DNA of 63,847 nucleotides from a virus (Duplodnaviria; Heunggongvirae; Uroviricota; Caudoviricetes): IMG/VR virus record IMGVR_UViG_3300042559_001801; one strand, given 5' to 3'. The notes under the pieces are model-generated. The model did not search any database, had not been told where the DNA came from, and was given only the letters and a program-made list of their open reading frames with translations. Shown here piece by piece: positions 8,281-17,354 of this stretch (its first letter is position 1; each line of letters begins with the position of its first letter). Both the position numbers and the translations under genes were made by a program.

Positions 8281-10107
8281 ATGGCTGAACAAAAATCAGT
8301 AGGTAATGGCAGAAACGGCGGCTGGCGCAAGTATTTCAAAGTCGCCGACGGTGGCGCCAACGGACAACTCAGCCCTATTTCTGGAAACAACGCCAATGGT
8401 TTGCCTGGTTACAATCGACAAACTGGGTCGGGCAGCAACACAGCCACTGGCAACGATTTTGCTTTTCGCAACTATGCCAGCCGATTACCCGAAGTATATT
8501 CAGGTCATCCCAACCGTGTCGAACGCTACAATCAATATGAAAACATGGACATGGATTCAGAGATCAATGCATGTCTGGACATCATTGCTGAGTTCAGCAC
8601 ACAAAACAACGAAGACAACAATACTCCGTTTGACATAGTGTTCAAAGATACTCCCACTGACCACGAAGTGGAAATTATTAAAAAACAACTGCAACAATGG
8701 TGCAAGTTGAACAAACTGGACCAGCGCATGTTCAAGCTGTTTCGCAACACCATCAAGTATGGTGATCAAGTGTTTGTGCGCGACCCAGAAACATTTGAAA
8801 TGTACTGGGTTGACATGGTCAAAGTCAGCAGAGTCATTGTGAATGAAAGCGAAGGCAAGCGTCCCGAGCAGTATGTTATCCGTGACATCAATCCCAACTT
8901 TGAAAATCTAAGTATTGCTCCCAAAACCACCAGCGATTACTATGTGAGCCGTGCCACAGGATCTGTGGGGCAGAACAACTACTCGGCACCCAATGGCGGC
9001 GGTGGAGGCGGCTATGGTGGATCAGCCGGCAACAGCAGATTCACACAGGCCATGAACGAAACCACAGTGGATGCCAAGCATGTGGTACACCTGAGCTTGA
9101 ACGAAGGTCTTGACTATTTTTGGCCGTTTGGACAGAGTATTTTAGAAAATATTTTCAAAGTTTACAAACAAAAAGAACTGTTGGAAGACTCAGTGCTGAT
9201 ATATCGTGTGAGTCGTGCTCCAGAACGCAGAGTGTTCAAGATTGACGTTGGCAACATGCCCAGCCACATGGCCATGGCCTTTGTGGAACGAGTAAAAAAT
9301 GAAATGCATCAGCGCAGAATTCCCACTGTGAGTGGTGGCGGTGCCAACATGATGGATGCTGCATACAATCCATTGAGCATCAACGAAGATTACTTTTTTC
9401 CGCAAACAGCCGATGGTCGTGGCAGCAGCGTAGACACCTTGCCCGGTGGCACAGGATTAGGCGAAATTGACGATTTGAAGTATTTCAACAACAAAATGGC
9501 TCGTGGTCTGCGTGTGCCATCCAGCTATTTGCCCACTGGTCCCGACGACTCAGACCGTACAATGAACGACGGAAAAGTAGGCACAGCCCTGATACAAGAG
9601 TACAGATTCAACCAATACTGTGAACGACTACAGCGTTTGATCATGCAAAAACTTGATGATGAATTCAAGATGTTTATGAAATGGCGTGGATTCAACATCG
9701 ACAACAGCATTTTTGATATTGTGTTGGGTCCACCACAAAACTTTGCAAGTTATCGTCAAGCAGAAATGGACACCAGCCGTGTGAGTACATTTGGCGCATT
9801 GGAACAATTGCCCTACATGAGCAAGCGTTTCTTGATGGAACGATACCTGGGTCTGAGTCAGGAAGAAATTACTGAAAACGCAAAACTTTGGAAAGAAGAG
9901 CGCGACGAGCCTGATCTGCAAACCACACAAGGGCAGGATCTGCGTAGTATTGGCATTACCCCAGCCGGCATGGAAAGTGATATTCAAGCTGGTGAAGCAT
10001 TGGCTGCAATGCCGCCCGAAGGCAGTGCTGATGTAGGTGCAGTACCTGGTGCACCGCCTGGTCCTGGAACAGCACCCTCGGCTGTTCCTCCGCCGCCAAC
10101 TGCATAA
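8281..10107 (+). CDS. gp20: Portal protein
   Basis: LLEDSVLIYRVSRAPERRVFKIDVGNMP, EDYFFP and YFNNKMARGLRVP motifs; located upstream of the head genes. Confidence 0.95.
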   Translation: MAEQKSVGNGRNGGWRKYFKVADGGANGQLSPISGNNANGLPGYNRQTGSGSNTATGNDFAFRNYASRLPEVYSGHPNRVERYNQYENMDMDSEINACLDIIAEFSTQNNEDNNTPFDIVFKDTPTDHEVEIIKKQLQQWCKLNKLDQRMFKLFRNTIKYGDQVFVRDPETFEMYWVDMVKVSRVIVNESEGKRPEQYVIRDINPNFENLSIAPKTTSDYYVSRATGSVGQNNYSAPNGGGGGGYGGSAGNSRFTQAMNETTVDAKHVVHLSLNEGLDYFWPFGQSILENIFKVYKQKELLEDSVLIYRVSRAPERRVFKIDVGNMPSHMAMAFVERVKNEMHQRRIPTVSGGGANMMDAAYNPLSINEDYFFPQTADGRGSSVDTLPGGTGLGEIDDLKYFNNKMARGLRVPSSYLPTGPDDSDRTMNDGKVGTALIQEYRFNQYCERLQRLIMQKLDDEFKMFMKWRGFNIDNSIFDIVLGPPQNFASYRQAEMDTSRVSTFGALEQLPYMSKRFLMERYLGLSQEEITENAKLWKEERDEPDLQTTQGQDLRSIGITPAGMESDIQAGEALAAMPPEGSADVGAVPGAPPGPGTAPSAVPPPPTA

Positions 10108-10115
10108 ATACCTGT

Positions 10116-10337
10116 ATGATTTTAAACGAACTGTATCAGAAGCAACCTGAAGGATATCAAGATATTTCTCAGGACAACAGTCAGCCTCAACGAGGTCAGC
10201 TTCGTAAAACTCGTTTGACTTTGCGACAGTTGAGCAAATTGCGTCAGATGAATGATGTTAGAACCTTTGAGTACAAAGAAAAACTCAAAGACATTCGCAA
10301 ACAGTACGCACCTCCAGCAGCGCCACCAGGCCTGTAA
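10116..10337 (+). CDS. Small basic head-module hypothetical protein
   Basis: Lies between portal and scaffold; preceded by cataaata-N5-ATG. Confidence 0.7.
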   Translation: MILNELYQKQPEGYQDISQDNSQPQRGQLRKTRLTLRQLSKLRQMNDVRTFEYKEKLKDIRKQYAPPAAPPGL

Positions 10338-10348
10338 ATTTCCTTCAA

Positions 10349-10368
10349 AAACGCCACTTTTGGCGTTT
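10349..10368 (+). terminator. Possible hairpin terminator abutting a TAAATA motif
   Basis: aaacgcca-cttt-tggcgttt followed by aaata. Confidence 0.4.
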
Positions 10369-10436
10369 AAATATGCTAAGTTTACTACTTTTGTGTAAGT
10401 AATAAACATGAGCCATAACCCTTTGGAGGAAACAAT

Positions 10437-11198
10437 ATGACATCAAAATTTGAACAGTTAATTGAATTCGTAATTAACGATGAAGACGCAAAAGCTAGAG
10501 AACTTTTCCATGATATCGTAGTTGAGAAATCTCGCGAAATCTATGAAAGTCTGATGGATGACGATCAAGACCCAGTCGAAGAAGGCATGGATCCAATGGA
10601 AATGAACGACGGCGATGCTGCCGACGATTTGATCACTGACGTTGAGACTGAAGAAGAAGGTCTCAGCGAAGAAGACGACATGGATGCTGAGTTTGACGAT
10701 GGCGCAGAACAAGCCGGCGATGATCTCACACATGACATCGAAGGTGCCCACGACGAAGGCGACATCGAAGATCGCGTGGTTGACTTAGAAGACAAGCTAG
10801 ACGAACTAATGGCGGAATTTGAAGCCATGATGGGCGGCGATACTGGCGATCAAGATTCGGAAGAATTTGAAATAGATGCCGGTGGCGATTCAATGGAAAT
10901 GGATGACACCGCTGACATTATGCCAGAAATGGGCATGATGGAAAACGTCGATCTCAAAGCTGCTCCAAAGCCAGTTACTTCAGAACCAGCTGGTACAAAC
11001 AGCCGTTCCACAGTGGCTGCCAACAGTGGTGCCCGAGGCATGCAAGGTTCCCCAGTTAGAATGACTGGCGACACAGCCCAAGGCCGCCCTGCTCCGTCTG
11101 CTAAAGACATGGGCATGACAACCAGTCCCAAGCAAGGCGCCGCTCCAAAGCCTGTTACAACACAAGCTGCTGGCGTAAACACCAAGTCTCCAGTCTAA
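10437..11198 (+). CDS. Highly acidic prohead core/scaffold-type protein (gp67/68 position)
   Basis: Very D/E-rich, with a low-complexity PT/PA tail; lies between portal and protease; has a GGAGG SD. Confidence 0.65.
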   Translation: MTSKFEQLIEFVINDEDAKARELFHDIVVEKSREIYESLMDDDQDPVEEGMDPMEMNDGDAADDLITDVETEEEGLSEEDDMDAEFDDGAEQAGDDLTHDIEGAHDEGDIEDRVVDLEDKLDELMAEFEAMMGGDTGDQDSEEFEIDAGGDSMEMDDTADIMPEMGMMENVDLKAAPKPVTSEPAGTNSRSTVAANSGARGMQGSPVRMTGDTAQGRPAPSAKDMGMTTSPKQGAAPKPVTTQAAGVNTKSPV

Positions 11199-11204
11199 GA
11201 GAAT

Positions 11205-11852
11205 ATGGCTCGTTATCTACAAGAACATCTCAGCTTCTCGCAAGCGCAGGTAAAACTGCTGAGCGAGGACGCTGTTGATGGCTCTGGTAAAACCCTTTAC
11301 ATGCAAGGCATCTGCATTGAAGGTGACAAGCGCAATGCTAACGAAAGAATATACCCGGCTCACGAGATCCGCAAAGCAGTTGGCACTATCAATGAACAAC
11401 TTGAAAATGGCAACTCGGTATTAGGTGAAGTAGATCATCCTGATGATCTTAAAATTAACTTGGATCGTGTCAGCCACATGATAGACAAAATGTGGTGCGA
11501 CGGCGCAATAGGTTATGGAAAATTAAAAATATTACCAACCCCAATGGGTCAACTGGTTAAAACCATGTTGGACAGCGGTGTTAAATTAGGTGTTTCAAGT
11601 CGTGGGTCAGGAAACGTCGACGACAGAACAGGACATGTCAGTGACTTTGAAATCGTCACTGTAGATGTAGTTGCACAACCCAGTGCTCCAAATGCATATC
11701 CCACAGCAATTTACGAAGGACTCATGAATATGAAGTACGGACATAGATTGTTGGAAGTGGCACGCGAAGCCGGTGCGGACAACAAAGTACAAAGATATTT
11801 GACCAGCGAAGTAAAAAAGCTGATCAGAGATCTTAAAATTAGGGAGGAATAA
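11205..11852 (+). CDS. gp21: Prohead core protease
   Basis: KRNANERIYP, LGEVDHP, LGVSSRGSG and DVVAQPSAPNAY motifs. Confidence 0.95.
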   Translation: MARYLQEHLSFSQAQVKLLSEDAVDGSGKTLYMQGICIEGDKRNANERIYPAHEIRKAVGTINEQLENGNSVLGEVDHPDDLKINLDRVSHMIDKMWCDGAIGYGKLKILPTPMGQLVKTMLDSGVKLGVSSRGSGNVDDRTGHVSDFEIVTVDVVAQPSAPNAYPTAIYEGLMNMKYGHRLLEVAREAGADNKVQRYLTSEVKKLIRDLKIREE

Positions 11853-11854
11853 GC

Positions 11855-12955
11855 ATGTTAGATGCTATTAAACCGTTACTAGATAGCGATTTGATCACCG
11901 AGGAAACTCGCCAGGAGATCTCTGAAGCTTGGGAAGCCAAGATGACAGAAGCTCGTGAACAAGTTCGTGCGGAACTTCGTGAGGAGTTTGCACAGCGCTA
12001 CGAACATGACAAAACAGTGATGGTGGAAGCCCTAGATCGTATGGTTACAGATGGTCTGACCGCAGAGATCCAAGCAGTTGCAGCTGAAAAGCAAGCACTT
12101 GCTGAAGACCGCGTTAAATTCACTGGCAAAATGAAAGAATCCGCAACGAAGTTTAACAGCTTTATGGTTTCTAAATTAGCCGAAGAAATTGGCGAACTGC
12201 GCAAAGATCGCAAGCAGCACAACGAAGGCCTCCAGAAATTGGAAGGATTCATTGTGCATGCATTGGCCCGTGAGATTCAAGAATTTGCGACTGACAAACG
12301 AGATGTTGTAGAAACAAAAGTTCGTCTAGTTCGTGAAGCACGAGGCCAGTTGGAATCATTGAAGCGCAGATTCGTAAAAGAATCTGCACAGAAAATGACT
12401 CAGTCTGTAAGTCGTCATCTAAAGGCCGAACTCAGCCAACTACACGAAGACATTAAAGTTGCTCGCGAGAACAATTTTGGTCGTCGTATTTTTGAAGCAT
12501 ATGCCAGTGAATTTGGTGCTACCCATCTCAATGAGAAAGCGGAAGTACGCAAGTTACACGACACCATTGCACACAAAGATGCCAAGTTGTCTGAAGCCAT
12601 CAAACTTATTAAGAACGCAAAAGTTCTTAACGAGTCCAAAGAGCGTGAAATACGCATGATCAAGGAATCCAATGAGCGTCAAAGCACATTAGATGACTTG
12701 CTGGCTCCCTTAAACCGGGAAAAAGCAGCGGTCATGAGTAGTTTACTCGAAAGCGTCCAAACTAGCCGTTTGAAAAACGCATTTGAAAAGTATCTTCCAG
12801 CTGTTCTAACAGACCGCTCTGTAAAAGCCCCAAAAGTGATTACAGAATCCGTGTCCACAGTCACTGGCGATAAATCTGCCCGTAGCCAATATGAAGAAGA
12901 AACTGCTGAACACAGCAATGTAATCGACATCAAGCGGTTGGCAGGGTTGAATTAA
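11855..12955 (+). CDS. gp22: Prohead scaffolding protein
   Basis: Coiled-coil, E/K-rich; sits between protease and major capsid genes. Confidence 0.85.
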   Translation: MLDAIKPLLDSDLITEETRQEISEAWEAKMTEAREQVRAELREEFAQRYEHDKTVMVEALDRMVTDGLTAEIQAVAAEKQALAEDRVKFTGKMKESATKFNSFMVSKLAEEIGELRKDRKQHNEGLQKLEGFIVHALAREIQEFATDKRDVVETKVRLVREARGQLESLKRRFVKESAQKMTQSVSRHLKAELSQLHEDIKVARENNFGRRIFEAYASEFGATHLNEKAEVRKLHDTIAHKDAKLSEAIKLIKNAKVLNESKEREIRMIKESNERQSTLDDLLAPLNREKAAVMSSLLESVQTSRLKNAFEKYLPAVLTDRSVKAPKVITESVSTVTGDKSARSQYEEETAEHSNVIDIKRLAGLN

Positions 12956-12973
12956 TTTTAAAGGAGACATTAA

Positions 12974-14182
12974 ATGTCACAACAATTATTAGAAGGTCGC
13001 TGGGACGAGACCAAGGAAGCACTGCTTGAAGGTCTAAACGGTTCAAAGCGTAGTAGTATGAACGTTATTCTTGAGAATACTCGTAAGTACTTGAAAGAGA
13101 ATGCAAGTGCTGGTTCCACAGCATCTGGTAACATTGCCACATTAAACCGTGTGATTCTGCCAGTGATTCGACGTGTTATGCCAACTGTTATTGCTAACGA
13201 GTTGGTTGGCGTTCAGCCAATGACAGGTCCGGTTGGTCAGATCCACACTCTGCGTGTGCGTTACGCCTCTGCGTTGACAGACAATTCAGCTGCACAAACA
13301 AGTGTTGCTGCTGGTCAAGAAGCACTGAGCCCGTTCACAATTGCCACAGCTTATTCATCAAGCCCAGCTGCTGCTGCTAACGCAGGCACAACTACTACCA
13401 ACTACCAGGGCGCTAGCACAGCATCCATGGAAGGTAACGGCGGTAAGACTGTGTCTGTTCAAATCTTGAAGCAAGCTGTTGAAGCTAAAACTCGTAAGCT
13501 ACAGGCTCGCTGGACATTTGAATCTGCACAAGACGCACAAGCCATGCATGGTATTGACGTTGAAGCAGAAATCATGGCTGCTCTTGCACAAGAGATTACA
13601 GCTGAGATTGACCAAGAGATTTTACTCAGCTTGAGCAGTCTGGCTGCCACTGAGTACACATACAACCAAGCTACTGTGAGTGGTACTGCTACATTCGTTG
13701 GTGATGAACACGCTGCTCTAGCTGTTCTGATCAATCGTGTTGCCAACCTGATCGCTCAGCGTACACGTCGTGGCGCTGGTAACTGGGCTGTTGTTTCACC
13801 AGCTAGTTTGACAGTGCTGCAAAGTGCTACTACCAGTGCGTTTGCTCGTACTACAGAAGGCACATTCGAAGCACCTACAAACACCAAGTTTGTTGGTACA
13901 TTGAACGGCGCAATGCGTGTGTTTGTTAACAGCTATGCTAACGATTCGTCACCAGTTCTGGTCGGATACAAAGGTTCTAGTGAGGCTGATGCAGCCGCAT
14001 TCTATTGCCCTTACATTCCGTTGATGAGCTCTGGTGTTGTGTTGGATCCAAGCACATTCGAACCAGTCGTGTCATTCATGACAAGATATGGCTTCGTCGA
14101 ATTGACAAATACTGCAAGCAGTTTTGGTAACGCTGCCGATTATGTTGGCGAAATAGCAGTACAAAACCTTAGTTTCTCCTAA
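12974..14182 (+). CDS. gp23: Major capsid protein
   Basis: LVGVQPMTGPVGQIHTLR, KTRKLQARWTFE, AAFYCPYIPL and FMTRYG motifs. Confidence 0.97.
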   Translation: MSQQLLEGRWDETKEALLEGLNGSKRSSMNVILENTRKYLKENASAGSTASGNIATLNRVILPVIRRVMPTVIANELVGVQPMTGPVGQIHTLRVRYASALTDNSAAQTSVAAGQEALSPFTIATAYSSSPAAAANAGTTTTNYQGASTASMEGNGGKTVSVQILKQAVEAKTRKLQARWTFESAQDAQAMHGIDVEAEIMAALAQEITAEIDQEILLSLSSLAATEYTYNQATVSGTATFVGDEHAALAVLINRVANLIAQRTRRGAGNWAVVSPASLTVLQSATTSAFARTTEGTFEAPTNTKFVGTLNGAMRVFVNSYANDSSPVLVGYKGSSEADAAAFYCPYIPLMSSGVVLDPSTFEPVVSFMTRYGFVELTNTASSFGNAADYVGEIAVQNLSFS

Positions 14183-14225
14183 TCAGAGATTGTTTGTTTT
14201 ATTCATCTCAGGGATGGGAAGAATC

Positions 14226-14251
14226 AAAAAAGCGCCGCAAGGCGCTTTTTT
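14226..14251. terminator. Rho-independent terminator after gp23 (likely bidirectional)
   Basis: aaaaaa-gcgcc-GCAA-ggcgc-tttttt. Confidence 0.85.
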
Positions 14252-14252
14252 G

Positions 14253-14281
14253 TTGACTTATGTATCTATAAATGTTATTAT
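14253..14281 (+). promoter_or_regulatory. Sigma70-like promoter for the HNH gene
   Basis: TTGACT-17 nt-TATTAT. Confidence 0.55.
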
Positions 14282-14306
14282 AGAGCTTACTAACATAAAT
14301 AAACAT

Positions 14307-15056
14307 ATGAACAAATATAACCAATGGTACAAAAATATTACAGAACAAGCTAAAAATCGTGTTCTGGAAACATATACTGAAAGTCATCATATAGTGCCTC
14401 GTAGTTTAGGTGGCAGTGATGACCCAGACAATCTAGTCAATCTTACAGCCAGAGAGCATTTTATTTGTCATTGGCTATTAGTTAAAATAACAGTAGGAGA
14501 CTCTAGATCTAAAATGATCTATGCTTTGCGTATGCTAAGAGCAGAAAAACACGGACAACAACGATATCATACCAAAATTACTAGTAGAGTTTATGAAAGT
14601 ATTAAACAAGAATATTCTAAAATAGCGTCAAACAACAGCATGGGAGAAAAAAATTCCATGTGGGGTAAAACACACACCCCAGAAGCAAGAGAAAAAATTA
14701 GACAAAAGAATTTAGGAAATAAACTAACACCAGACCAACATGCTAGATTGGTAGCAAACACAACTGGTAAAAAGAAACCTCCTATCACTGAAGCACATAG
14801 AGCAAAGTTATCTGATAATCATAAAAGCAAGCAACCTGATTTTAATGGGTCGTTGTCAGATGATACTCGTAAAAAAATTGGCGATAAAATTCGTGGTCGC
14901 AAACAGACCGAAGAAGAAAAACTGGTTCGCAGTTTGGCCAACATGGGCAAGAAGCGTGAGAAACGACTCTGTCCGCACTGTGATCAACTAGTGGCAGTGA
15001 ATGGGTACGCTCGCTGGCACGGTGCCCATTGCCGCCACCGGATAAATATGTCATGA
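14307..15056 (+). CDS. Free-standing HNH homing endonuclease with NUMOD3-like repeats
   Basis: ESHHIVPRSLGGSDDPDNLVNLTAREHFICH, then repeated H(T/S)xExRxKI motifs. Start moved to ATG 14307, which follows cataaata-N5. Confidence 0.85.
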   Translation: MNKYNQWYKNITEQAKNRVLETYTESHHIVPRSLGGSDDPDNLVNLTAREHFICHWLLVKITVGDSRSKMIYALRMLRAEKHGQQRYHTKITSRVYESIKQEYSKIASNNSMGEKNSMWGKTHTPEAREKIRQKNLGNKLTPDQHARLVANTTGKKKPPITEAHRAKLSDNHKSKQPDFNGSLSDDTRKKIGDKIRGRKQTEEEKLVRSLANMGKKREKRLCPHCDQLVAVNGYARWHGAHCRHRINMS

Positions 15057-15187
15057 TCAACCAAATAAAATACTCGGGCCTGTTTCCAGAACCGCATATC
15101 AGTCCAGTGGGCACCGTCCTGGGACTTAATCAACCTCAACCGCAGCCAGCAGTGGTGCCAGTGGCGCAGCAGCCCGTTAAATCTTAA
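15053..15187 (+). CDS. Unlisted 44-aa ORF MINQIKYSGLFPEPHISPVGTVLGLNQPQPQPAVVPVAQQPVKS
   Basis: Translated by hand. Preceded by gataaata-N4-ATG, overlaps the HNH stop as ATGA and fills the gap before the convergent gene. Confidence 0.6.
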   Translation: MINQIKYSGLFPEPHISPVGTVLGLNQPQPQPAVVPVAQQPVKS

Positions 15188-16337
15188 ACAGTTTCAAGTG
15201 TAGGTTGATTCGTTTGACCACCGTAGCCCAGTCGCCCATTGCAGGTTGTCGGAATAGTCTGGCTGTGGCATACCACGGAGTATCGTCTCGGTTCAACAGC
15301 CAGCGCCAGCATAGTCCATAACTGTTCAGCATGATCCAAGTGGGCTTGCCCAGAGCAGCAGCCAAGTGTGCAGTAGCAGTGTCCACACTCACAACCACAT
15401 CAAGATTGGTCATCAATGCAGCAGTGTCATTGAATGTGGGCAAGCCACCGGGAAAACAATGAACCCCTGCTGCTACCAATTGCGCTTGTTCCGCCGCGGT
15501 GCAATCCGTTTGCAAGTTGTACCAGTCATAGTCAGTGTTGGATTGGATCAACTCCAGCATGGTTTCAAATGGCATTCCCTTGTGTTGGTTGATCCAACTG
15601 TCCCTGCGTCCTGACCAGGCAAATCCCACTCGTAATTTATGCTTGGCGCCTAGGTTCCTTCGCCAATCGTCAATGAGATTACGATCGGGTTTTAAATACT
15701 GTATGGTTGAGGGCAAGTTTTCCACACGCACATTTATTCGACCCGGAATAGTCATCAAGGGAATCCAATAATCAAAATGATCACCAGGCGATTGCGTATA
15801 AGTCAACACTGTGACACCTTGTCCCACATCACTGCTTTGAATCAGTGTGACCATGGCATCAGTAACTTGTATGGTCACAACAGCACCAATGTTTTTTAAG
15901 TTTTGTACAAATCGCACAAACTGTATGATATCACCATGACCTTGTTCGCCACGAACAAAAATAGTCTTGCCTGTCAATTCTTCACCGTTCCAAACGGGCC
16001 AAGGATAATCAGGCAAGGTGCCTTTCAAATGTTCAAAGTTGTGTCTTGCTTCGTATGCAGGCCATCCACGCTCATAGTCACCACTCATCAAATAAGCAAC
16101 AGCAAGATTAAAGTGATTGGTCACTGTGCCAGGATCCAGCTGTATGGCTCGTTGGTTGAACGGAATGGCGCCCTCAGGATCTCCCAGTTCTCTCAACACA
16201 TTGCCGTAGTTGTTGAATGCACTGGCACTAGATCGATCTCCAACCATGGCATGCATGTACTGCTGTAAGGCCAGTTCTGGTTGATGTTGTTCTCTAAAGG
16301 TGTTGCCCTGGGCAATGAGTAATTCTGTGTTTTGCAT
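15177..16337 (-). CDS. TPR-repeat protein with C-terminal glycosyltransferase family 9-like (GT-B) domain
   Basis: TPRs (AFNNYGNVLRELG, HFNLAVAYL), GEQGHGDIIQFVRF and LDVVVSVDTATAHLAAALGKPTW. Start ATG 16337 follows minus-strand tgtaaata-N5. Confidence 0.85.
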   Translation of the reverse strand: MQNTELLIAQGNTFREQHQPELALQQYMHAMVGDRSSASAFNNYGNVLRELGDPEGAIPFNQRAIQLDPGTVTNHFNLAVAYLMSGDYERGWPAYEARHNFEHLKGTLPDYPWPVWNGEELTGKTIFVRGEQGHGDIIQFVRFVQNLKNIGAVVTIQVTDAMVTLIQSSDVGQGVTVLTYTQSPGDHFDYWIPLMTIPGRINVRVENLPSTIQYLKPDRNLIDDWRRNLGAKHKLRVGFAWSGRRDSWINQHKGMPFETMLELIQSNTDYDWYNLQTDCTAAEQAQLVAAGVHCFPGGLPTFNDTAALMTNLDVVVSVDTATAHLAAALGKPTWIMLNSYGLCWRWLLNRDDTPWYATARLFRQPAMGDWATVVKRINLHLKLFKI

Positions 16338-16396
16338 GGCAATATTTACACAGTATTGGGGCAGGTTGAAAATATCATTACAGCTAAATAACACTA

Positions 16397-16470
16397 ACGC
16401 AATACTGTGTTTTATGCGGCACACCAGCCGCGTAGTAGGCTAGAACCTGCATCGGACTTCTTTAAGGAGA
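16397..16470 (+). promoter_or_regulatory. Candidate structured 5' leader RNA
   Basis: Follows TAAATA (16385-16390). Three consecutive hairpins (16397-16410, 16414-16433, 16435-16450) end just before the AAGGAG SD. Confidence 0.45.
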
Positions 16471-16477
16471 AAACAAA

Positions 16478-17293
16478 ATGGGTCGTCCTCTAAAAATTCA
16501 AAAATATTCTGCCAATTCTGGCATCAACTCACCTGGCGCTGCTGTTGCTATTGACCAGGGTTACAATCCGTTTGCTGCACCCACTGCATTGGACACTGCC
16601 ACTGTGGTACTACCAAGCCCGGCAACATCACCATTGCCATTTACCGGCGTGGTTGGCGGTATTGACGGCGCTGGAGTCAGCACTACATATCCCATTGTTT
16701 CAGTCACTTGCAACATTGAAAACAGCTATTCTGGATCTGCTGCTGGCGCAATTATTCGCCAGAAAGGTTCTCACAAATTCCTAGTGGCCACTACCACTGC
16801 TATTGATCCTGAAAATGCAGTAGTTGGCGTTGCTCTTCAGATTGCAGTGCTGGGCGATACAGACTGGCAAGCCATGGGTGCTCCAGTTGGCGCCGATGTT
16901 GGTACCTTGTTCACTGCAACAGCAGCCGCAGGCGCAGGCACATCTGGCACAGCATTTGAAGTTGGTCAGTGTGTGTTGGCCAACGATGCAACTCCGGCCG
17001 CTGGCGAAATGAACATTGCAATGGCAGTGTCCAACGACAGTACCAATGTTTACATCAGCAAATTGACCAACAAGTTTGTACAAGACTTCAACGGTGGCGG
17101 CACTGGTGGTGTTGCCAACACTGGCGATGTTTGGGCATACACAGATGTAGTTGACGACATCGAGTATGCAGCTAACTTCTTCACTGACGTGTCTACATTT
17201 GCCAAATCTGGTGCAGAAGTTGCTACTTGGGCAAGTACTCAACAAAACAGTGATGGCACTTTGGGACTGGCACAAGTTGACAGTACAACCTAA
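16478..17293 (+). CDS. Probable virion structural protein, function unknown
   Basis: A/G/T/V-rich beta-type composition, late promoter, strong SD and downstream terminator. Confidence 0.65.
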   Translation: MGRPLKIQKYSANSGINSPGAAVAIDQGYNPFAAPTALDTATVVLPSPATSPLPFTGVVGGIDGAGVSTTYPIVSVTCNIENSYSGSAAGAIIRQKGSHKFLVATTTAIDPENAVVGVALQIAVLGDTDWQAMGAPVGADVGTLFTATAAAGAGTSGTAFEVGQCVLANDATPAAGEMNIAMAVSNDSTNVYISKLTNKFVQDFNGGGTGGVANTGDVWAYTDVVDDIEYAANFFTDVSTFAKSGAEVATWASTQQNSDGTLGLAQVDSTT

Positions 17294-17322
17294 TAGTTCA
17301 GTTAGGTAATTTTCAACAGCCG

Positions 17323-17354
17323 ATCCCCGCAGTTAAATACTGTGGGGATTTTTT
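17323..17354 (+). terminator. Terminator hairpin with a late promoter TAAATA across its loop
   Basis: atccccgcagt-taaat-actgtggggat followed by a T-run, immediately before ATG 17355. Confidence 0.7.

Noticed and set aside
10408-10440. 10-codon uORF (MSHNPLEETI) overlapping the start of the acidic core gene
   Set aside because: It is too short to support, and its sequence is explained by the GGAGG SD and spacer of the downstream gene.
14190-14306. N-terminal extensions given by the ORF track (also 16338-16424, 30845-30898 and 5075-5134)
   Set aside because: They run through terminators, promoters or neighbouring genes; downstream starts fit the promoter spacing better.
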